A stretch of DNA of 63,989 nt, counting the filler, from an uncultured bacterium (GTDB lineage: Bacteria; CAZSTA01): the NCBI GenBank assembly GCA_964609495.1. It is 5 parts of 5 records of this genome, joined end to end, with 100 filler letters (N's around TTAATTAATTAA, not from the genome) between each part and the next. Parts side by side here need not be neighbours in the genome. Positions count along the whole stretch, not along the records: positions 57,545 to 63,989 come from CAZSTA010000203.1; 4 more parts are not named here. One strand, written 5' to 3'. Below are positions 57,608-63,989 of the stretch, one piece after another. The position numbers and the translations under genes were made by a program. Each line of letters begins with the position of its first letter. Positions within the stretch are counted from its first letter, which is position 1. The notes beneath the pieces were generated by a model. It worked only from the letters and a program-made list of their open reading frames with translations, was not told the origin of the DNA and made no database searches.

Positions 57608-58669
57608 CTAACTCACTACAGAAAGCTCCTCCACGATCATATCCCCTATCTGATCAGTTGATAATCCGCTCCTCGTAGAGAGATCGGGGATGCGACCGCT
57701 CCCTAAAACAGAGATTATCGCCTTCTCGATCATATCCGCGGCTTCCTTCTCCCCCAGATAGTCCAACATCATCTGAACGGCACAGATCGCCGCTAAGGGA
57801 TTGATCACGTTCTTGCCCTTATACTTAGGTGCAGAGCCATGAATAGGCTCGAACATCGAGACCCCTTCGGGATTGATATTGCCCGAAGCGGCGATGCCCA
57901 TTCCCCCTTGGATCATAGCCCCAAGATCGGTAATGATATCCCCGAACATATTGCAGGTTACGATAACATCGAACCACTCTGGATTCTTCACCATCCACAT
58001 CGTAGTAGCATCTACAAAGGCATAATCCTTCTGAATATCGGGGTATTCCTCTCCTACCTCGTTAAAAGTCCTTCGCCAGAGATCATGGCCATAAGTCAAC
58101 ACATTAGCCTTATCGCATAGCGTCAACTTCTTATCCTTATTTCTCCTGCGAGCCAGCTCATAAGCGTATCTGATACAACGTTCCGTGCCTTTCCTCGTAT
58201 AGACCATCTGCTGGATAGCAACCTCGTCAGAAGTTCCTTTCTTCAAAAATCCACCCACCCCAGTATATAGACCCTCCGTATTCTCTCGCACGACTACGAA
58301 ATCTATATCCTCTGGGCCCTTATCCTTAAGCGGCGTCCAAACTCCGGGATATAGCTTAATTGGTCGCAAGTTTATATATTGATCCAATCCGAAGCGAATC
58401 TTCAGAAGGATGCCCTGCTCTAAGATCCCTGGCTTGACCTCGGGATGTCCGATCGCCCCTAGATAGATAACATCCATCTGACGAAATTCATCGAGCGCCG
58501 AGTCGGGCAAGATCTCTCCTGTCCTCATATAACGTTCCCCACCGAAGTCATATTCGACCAGTTCGTATTTGAATCCCATCTTCTCCGAGGCCGCCTTCAT
58601 AACTTTGAGTCCCTCCCTCACGACCTCGGGACCTATCCCATCTCCAGGCAATACCGCTATTTTATACAT
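57608..58669 (-). CDS. leuB: 3-isopropylmalate dehydrogenase
   Basis: PGDGIGPEV, NLRP, VRENTEG, DKANVL, NMFGDI, EPIHGSAP; leu cluster context. Confidence 0.93.
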   Translation of the reverse strand: MYKIAVLPGDGIGPEVVREGLKVMKAASEKMGFKYELVEYDFGGERYMRTGEILPDSALDEFRQMDVIYLGAIGHPEVKPGILEQGILLKIRFGLDQYINLRPIKLYPGVWTPLKDKGPEDIDFVVVRENTEGLYTGVGGFLKKGTSDEVAIQQMVYTRKGTERCIRYAYELARRRNKDKKLTLCDKANVLTYGHDLWRRTFNEVGEEYPDIQKDYAFVDATTMWMVKNPEWFDVIVTCNMFGDIITDLGAMIQGGMGIAASGNINPEGVSMFEPIHGSAPKYKGKNVINPLAAICAVQMMLDYLGEKEAADMIEKAIISVLGSGRIPDLSTRSGLSTDQIGDMIVEELSVVS

Positions 58670-58741
58670 AACAGTTCTACTCCTTTCTAGGTGTCTGGAT
58701 CACTCCACCTCCAACCCTTATCGATTCTAACTAGAGGATAA

Positions 58742-59144
58742 TTATTTAATTTTTCCTTCAGTGAAGCTAAGGATCTCCTCAGCATAGTTGTAACACTCTT
58801 CGGCTAGGTTTTCATCATAGAAGCTATGAGGATATCCAGAGGCTAAACCACTGGGATATCTGGTTTGAATATAATGTGAATCTAGCTTCTTTCCAATGTT
58901 GAAGAGATGNNNNNNNNNNATGTTCAGGGATAGCTACAAAGTCTCCGACTCTCTCCAGGAGGTTAACGATCATATTTTCTCTAAGCAGAAGATTTTGAGA
59001 GCTGAGGTAGGCTTTTAACGATTTCTCAGCGGCTTGTTGGGATTGAAAACAGCTCCATTCATAATTTCCAGCCTTCAGGCTATCCTTGGCGGCTTTGAGA
59101 TCCCATCTCGCTTGCTCCAGCCAATCTTTATACCTACTAGCCAA
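58742..59144 (-). CDS. HEPN domain protein (frame broken only by a 10-N gap)
   Basis: DWLEQARWDL, WSCFQSQQAAEKSLKA; after the gap HLFNIGKKLDSHYIQTRYPSG...IK*; gap flanks overlap by ATG. Confidence 0.85.
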
Positions 59145-59147
59145 TTC

Positions 59148-59781
59148 TTATCTCTCCTTCATCCTCTCGCTTACATAATTCATTAGCCCTCCCGCGGCGA
59201 TCAACTTCTGCATAAATTCGGGAAAAGGAGCGGCTTTATATACCTCGTTCTTCGTGATATTCTTGATCTCACCGATCGTCGCGTCTATCTCCACTTCGTC
59301 TCCCTCCTCGATTCTTTGGGCAGCCTCCGAACTCTCGAAGATCGGCAGACCGATATTGATCGCATTGCGAAAGAATATGCGCGCGAAACTGCGAGCGATC
59401 ACCGCGCTGATGCCGGACGCCTTTATCGCTATCGGCGCGTGCTCGCGCGAACTGCCGCAGCCGAAGTTCTCGCCCGCGACGATGATGNNNNNNNNNNATC
59501 GCATTGCGATAGAAGATCCGCGCAAATGAGGGAGCGATAACCGCGGAGATGATTCCTTTGAGAGCGATCGGGGCATGCTCGCGGGAGGATCCACATCCGA
59601 AGTTCCTATCCGCTACGATTATATCAGCCTTATTCACCTTAGCCACGAAATCGCTTCTGATGTCCTCTAGGCAATGCTTCGCTAACTCCGCTGGATCAGA
59701 GGTATTCAGATAGCGCGCGGCAATTATCTCATCCGTATTAACGTTCTCTCCAAACTTCCAAGCTTTTCCCTTAAACTTCAT
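59148..59781 (-). CDS. leuD: 3-isopropylmalate dehydratase small subunit (assembled as two overlapping variant halves across a gap)
   Basis: [20 protein letters not shown], SFARIFxRNA, GGLM. Confidence 0.9.
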
Positions 59782-59797
59782 AATCTCCACTCCTTTC

Positions 59798-61063
59798 TTA
59801 GCGAACTATCTCCGCGGGAGAGGTTATCCTTCCCTTAATAGCTGAAGCGGCTGCTACCACTGGATTGGAGAGGTAAAGCTCGCTCTTCGGATGTCCCATA
59901 CGGCTCACAAAGTTACGATTCGTGGTGGCGATAGCTACTTCTCCCCCCGCAAGGACCCCCATATGTCCACCTAAACAGGGCCCACAGGTGGGAGTGCTTA
60001 CCGCGGCTCCTGCCTTGATAAAGGTTTCAATCAATCCTTCCTTTATCGCTTGGAGATATATAGCTTGAGTAGCAGGTATTACGATCAATCTCACATAGGG
60101 ATGAACCTCATTTCCCTTTAGCACCTTTGCGGCCTCACGTAGGTCCTCAATTCGTCCATTAGTGCAAGAACCTATGACCGCTTGATCTATCTGAATAGCA
60201 CTTAATTCCTCAACAGGCTTGACATTTTCCGGCAGATGAGGACAGGCAACCTGGGGAGTGAGCTTGCTAATATCATACTCTACAGTCTTCTCCACCTCGG
60301 CATCATCATCGCTCTTATAAAGTTTATAAGGGCGTTTAGCTCTCGTCTTAACATATTCCAAAGTCTTATCATCCGGGGTAAATATCCCGTTCTTCGCCCC
60401 AGCCTCGATCGCCATATTCGCCATCGAAAAGCGCCCGTCCATATTCAAGTCTGTGATAGCCTCTCCAACAAATTCCATCGATCTATAGAGAGCTCCATCC
60501 ACTCCAATATCACCGATGGTATATAAAATGAGATCCTTGCCCCCTACCCACTGGGGTAATTTGCCCTTATAGATGAATCTCATCGTTGCTGGGACTTTGA
60601 ACCAGATCTCCCCCGTGATCATCGCGGCGGCAAGATCGGTGCTTCCCACCCCAGTTGAGAATGCTCCCAATGCTCCATAGGTGCAAGTGTGCGAATCTGC
60701 TCCGATCACCAAGTCGCCTGGAAGCACGATCCCCTGCTCCGGAAGTAGGGCATGCTCGATCCCGACTCGTCCCACCTCATAATAGTGAACTATATCCTGT
60801 TCGCGAGCGAAATCCCGAAGGATCTTAGATTGCTCGGCTGATTCGATATCCTTGTTAGGGGTGAAGTGATCTGGGATCAGGACAACCTTCTCCCGATCGA
60901 ACACCTTCTCGGCAGAAGCCTCTTTGAACTTCTGGATAGCTATTGGAGCGGTGATATCGTTCCCCAAAGCTATGTCGATCTTGGCGTTTATCAACTGCCC
61001 CGGCTTGACTTCCTTCTCCCTTGAATGCACAGCCAATATCTTCTCGCTGATAGTCATTCCCAT
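59798..61063 (-). CDS. leuC: 3-isopropylmalate dehydratase large subunit
   Basis: [32 protein letters not shown]. Confidence 0.95.
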   Translation of the reverse strand: MGMTISEKILAVHSREKEVKPGQLINAKIDIALGNDITAPIAIQKFKEASAEKVFDREKVVLIPDHFTPNKDIESAEQSKILRDFAREQDIVHYYEVGRVGIEHALLPEQGIVLPGDLVIGADSHTCTYGALGAFSTGVGSTDLAAAMITGEIWFKVPATMRFIYKGKLPQWVGGKDLILYTIGDIGVDGALYRSMEFVGEAITDLNMDGRFSMANMAIEAGAKNGIFTPDDKTLEYVKTRAKRPYKLYKSDDDAEVEKTVEYDISKLTPQVACPHLPENVKPVEELSAIQIDQAVIGSCTNGRIEDLREAAKVLKGNEVHPYVRLIVIPATQAIYLQAIKEGLIETFIKAGAAVSTPTCGPCLGGHMGVLAGGEVAIATTNRNFVSRMGHPKSELYLSNPVVAAASAIKGRITSPAEIVR

Positions 61064-61085
61064 CCTTTTACAACCCCTTTCCTCC

Positions 61086-63581
61086 TCACGCAACAATATT
61101 TATCAACTTATTTGGCACATAGATAATATTCTTAACTTCTTTCGAAGCGATCCACTTTTGGACTCTATCACTGCCTAAAGCGATCTCCTCGATCTCTTCT
61201 CTCCCTAGCTCGCTCGATACTTCTATACTAGCTCGAACCTTCCCATTGACCTGGATTACGATCGTTACCCTCTCGCTCTTCATCGCCTCCTCATCATACT
61301 CGGGCCATCTCTGCCGATAGACGCTCTCCTCCCGTCCGATATCGTGCCACAATTCCTCGGCTAAATGTGGCACGAAGGGAGAAAGTAATATGATCATCCT
61401 CTCTATAGCTTCGCTGAAAACGAAGGCGGATTGAGAATCCTTGTTGAATTTCCCCTCCTCCTCGAATTGAGAGATAGCTCTGGTTAGCTCCATTATCGCG
61501 CTGATAGCTGTGTTGAAGTGGAAACGATCCTCGACATCCTCAGTGACTTTCTTTATCGTCTGATGCAACTTTCTTCTCAAGGCGCTCTCGCGAGAATTTA
61601 ATTTCGTTGGATCGAGCTTATCAATCCAATCACTTCTGAAGCGATCTAAGTTGCTCTGAACCAATCGCCAAACCCTGTTCAAAAAGCGCCAACAGCCCTC
61701 TACACCCCTGTCATTCCACTCCGCATCCAGCTCCGGAGGTCCTATGAAGAGGACATAGAGACGAGCAGTGTCCGCTCCATATCTCTCGATGAGATCATCA
61801 GGGGTGACAACATTTCCCTTTGATTTGGACATCTTCGCCCCATCTTTATAGATCATACCTTGAGCGAAAAGATTCTGGAAAGGCTCGGTGAAATTTATCA
61901 TTCCCAGATCATAGAGGACTTTCGTGAAGAAGCGGGAATAGATGAGGTGAACGGTGGCATGTTCGATCCCACCGATATATTGATCTACTGGTAGCCAGTA
62001 ATCTACATCTTCCTTCACAAAGGGAGCATCGCCATCTTGGGGATTAACATATCGTAAGAAGTACCAGGAAGAGAAGACGAAGGTATCCATTACATTTGTC
62101 TCTCGTTTTGCTGGTCCTCCACATTGGGGGCAAGTGGTATTGACGAACTCGGGAGAACGAGCCAGTGGTGGAGGAAAGCCTGGCGTGAAGTCGATTCCTC
62201 TGGGCAATAACACTGGCAATTGATCATCAGGGACTGGCACCATTCCGCACTTCTCACAATAGACAATCGGGATCGGTGCTCCCCAATAGCGCTGACGAGA
62301 GATACACCAATCTCTCAGCTTGTAACTGACTGTCCTTCTCCCGATTCCTCTTTCCTCCACAAAATCAGCGATCCGCTCCTTCGCTTCCTCGTTAGGCAAT
62401 CCATTGAACCTATCGGAATTGACCTGAATTCCAGCCTCAACATAAGCCTCGGTCATAGTATTAGTATCTGGATCGAGCCTTCCCTCGGGAGGTTCGATAA
62501 CTATCTTCACCGGTAGGTTATATTTCCGAGCGAACTCCAGATCGCGCTGATCATGAGCGGGAACTCCCATCACAATACCGGTCCCATAATCCATCAACAC
62601 ATAGTCGGATATCAAGATAGGGACTCGCTCTCCGCTTAGTAGGTTGATGGCATAGGCCTCGGTGAAGATCCCTTCCTTTTCCACCCCAACGGTTCGCTCT
62701 ATCTCGCTCTTCATCTTTGCCCTTTCGATGAAGGCGGAGATCTCCTCCTTACGAGATGAGCTGTGAGCCAACTCCTCCGCTAGCGGATGTTCTGGCGCTA
62801 ACACCAGAAAGGTTACTCCATAGATCGTATCAGGGCGAGTGGTGAAAACAGTGAATCTCTCCCCTCTCCCCTCGAGCTCAAAGGCGATCTCGACGCCTTC
62901 GCTCTTTCCGATCCAATTCTCCTGCATAATTCGGACTCGCTCAGGCCAATTATCCAATAGCGATATATCCTCTAACAGTCTCTCGGCATATTCCGTTATC
63001 TTCAAGAACCAATTATCTACATCCTTTTTAACGACAGGAGTGTCACATCGTTCACATAATCCCTCTATGACTTGTTCATTCGCCAAGACCGTGGCACACT
63101 TGGGACACCAGTTCACCGGCCATTTCTTCTTATAAGCCAATCCCTTCTCCCAAAATCTCAAGAAGAGCCATTGCGTCCATCCATAATAGTCGGAGCTAGA
63201 GGTATCTATCTCCCGCTCCCAGTCATAGCTGATACCCAATCTTTTAAATTGACGCTTCATCGTCGCTACACATTTGGGATTCCACTCTGCGGGATTGATT
63301 CCTCTTTCCAATGCGACGTTCTCGGCTGGTAATCCAAAGGAATCCCATCCCATCGGATGAAGCACCTCATAACCCGCCATTCTTTTGCAACGAGCCACTA
63401 CATCGCCGATGATATAATTTTTGACATGCCCCATATGTAGCTCTCCCGAGGGATAGGGATACATCTCCAGACAATAGTATTTAGATGTCCTATTCTTCGT
63501 GTCCACTCGGAAGAAATTGTTTTTCTGCCAATACTCCTGCCACTTCTCCTCTATAGCTTGAGGATCATATTTCTTATCCAT
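61086..63581 (-). CDS. leuS: Leucine--tRNA ligase
   Basis: [48 protein letters not shown]. Confidence 0.97.
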   Translation of the reverse strand: MDKKYDPQAIEEKWQEYWQKNNFFRVDTKNRTSKYYCLEMYPYPSGELHMGHVKNYIIGDVVARCKRMAGYEVLHPMGWDSFGLPAENVALERGINPAEWNPKCVATMKRQFKRLGISYDWEREIDTSSSDYYGWTQWLFLRFWEKGLAYKKKWPVNWCPKCATVLANEQVIEGLCERCDTPVVKKDVDNWFLKITEYAERLLEDISLLDNWPERVRIMQENWIGKSEGVEIAFELEGRGERFTVFTTRPDTIYGVTFLVLAPEHPLAEELAHSSSRKEEISAFIERAKMKSEIERTVGVEKEGIFTEAYAINLLSGERVPILISDYVLMDYGTGIVMGVPAHDQRDLEFARKYNLPVKIVIEPPEGRLDPDTNTMTEAYVEAGIQVNSDRFNGLPNEEAKERIADFVEERGIGRRTVSYKLRDWCISRQRYWGAPIPIVYCEKCGMVPVPDDQLPVLLPRGIDFTPGFPPPLARSPEFVNTTCPQCGGPAKRETNVMDTFVFSSWYFLRYVNPQDGDAPFVKEDVDYWLPVDQYIGGIEHATVHLIYSRFFTKVLYDLGMINFTEPFQNLFAQGMIYKDGAKMSKSKGNVVTPDDLIERYGADTARLYVLFIGPPELDAEWNDRGVEGCWRFLNRVWRLVQSNLDRFRSDWIDKLDPTKLNSRESALRRKLHQTIKKVTEDVEDRFHFNTAISAIMELTRAISQFEEEGKFNKDSQSAFVFSEAIERMIILLSPFVPHLAEELWHDIGREESVYRQRWPEYDEEAMKSERVTIVIQVNGKVRASIEVSSELGREEIEEIALGSDRVQKWIASKEVKNIIYVPNKLINIVA

Positions 63582-63608
63582 ATTTTCACCTCCAAGCGAG
63601 CAGATTTT

Positions 63609-63638
63609 TAGGTGGCGAGTTTTCGGACTCGCCACCTA
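63609..63638. other. 12-bp GC-rich hairpin between leuA and leuS
   Basis: TAGGTGGCGAGT-TTTCGG-ACTCGCCACCTA; no U-tract on the transcribed strand. Confidence 0.65.
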
Positions 63639-63642
63639 GCAA

Positions 63643-63989
63643 CTAGCTCTTACTTCTCCGATGCAACATCTTATTTATCGCGTTGACATATCCCTTAGCG
63701 CTAGCCTCAATGATATCGGTGGATACACCTTTTCCCGTAAAGGTATTGCCATTATCCCTTATCTTTACTACTACCTCTCCCTGGGCATCCTTCCCTCTTG
63801 TAATCGCCTGGATAGAGTATTCAATAAGTGTCGTTGGGATACCCGTTATCCTATCGATAGCACGATAAGCGGCATCAACCGGACCATCTCCATTAGACGC
63901 ATCTTGGAGGATTTCTTCCCCTTTCTTTAACTTGACCGTAGCCATAGGAACGAGGGTCGTTCCGCTACTGACATGGATGTATTCAAGGG
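63643..63989 (-). CDS. leuA: 2-isopropylmalate synthase C-terminal regulatory domain (partial; gene starts beyond the window)
   Basis: ATVKL, GDGPVDAAY, AITRGKDAQGEV, STDIIEASAKGY. Confidence 0.9.
   Translation of the reverse strand, partial: LEYIHVSSGTTLVPMATVKLKKGEEILQDASNGDGPVDAAYRAIDRITGIPTTLIEYSIQAITRGKDAQGEVVVKIRDNGNTFTGKGVSTDIIEASAKGYVNAINKMLHRRSKS

Noticed and set aside
58824-59144. HEPN pseudogene/frameshift as shown in the ORF track
   Set aside because: The frame change is caused by the 10-N gap; the overlapping ATG flanks restore one ORF ending at 58742.

Overview
The window is not one contiguous locus. It is five draft contigs from a bacterium, joined by artificial 100-nt linkers (N44-TTAATTAATTAA-N44) at 14607, 29175, 43379 and 57445 and apparently ordered by length. 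The organism is probably an uncultured diderm anaerobe, judging by an LptC-like protein, a PorV-like barrel and solute-binding proteins without lipoboxes. Most content is housekeeping or metabolic: valS, hisS, proS, coaD, murA, nfi, a leuA-leuS-leuC-leuD-HEPN-leuB cluster, an Mbh-ordered Mrp Na+/H+ antiporter operon led by a PII-like gene, a GH42 beta-galactosidase, a peptide ABC transporter with duplicated binding proteins, and an RHH-PIN toxin-antitoxin pair. Five features stand out. (1) A three-gene cell-wall operon encodes a degenerate racemase/GT4 fusion, an NlpC/P60 peptidase and a MurD paralog with altered D-Glu-pocket motifs. (2) An FGE/C-type-lectin gene has a 3' end with the sequence signature of a diversity-generating-retroelement variable region, although no RT or template repeat lies in the window. 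(3) A large FlgD-Ig-tailed metalloprotease sits next to a PorV-like barrel (T9SS-like pairing). (4) A LysW-like 50-aa zinc-ribbon gene, missing from the ORF track, has a perfect promoter but lacks EDWGE. (5) Two families of intergenic palindromic repeats nest inside each other. No rRNA, tRNA or CRISPR array was seen. All family assignments come from motif recognition by eye; no database searches were run.
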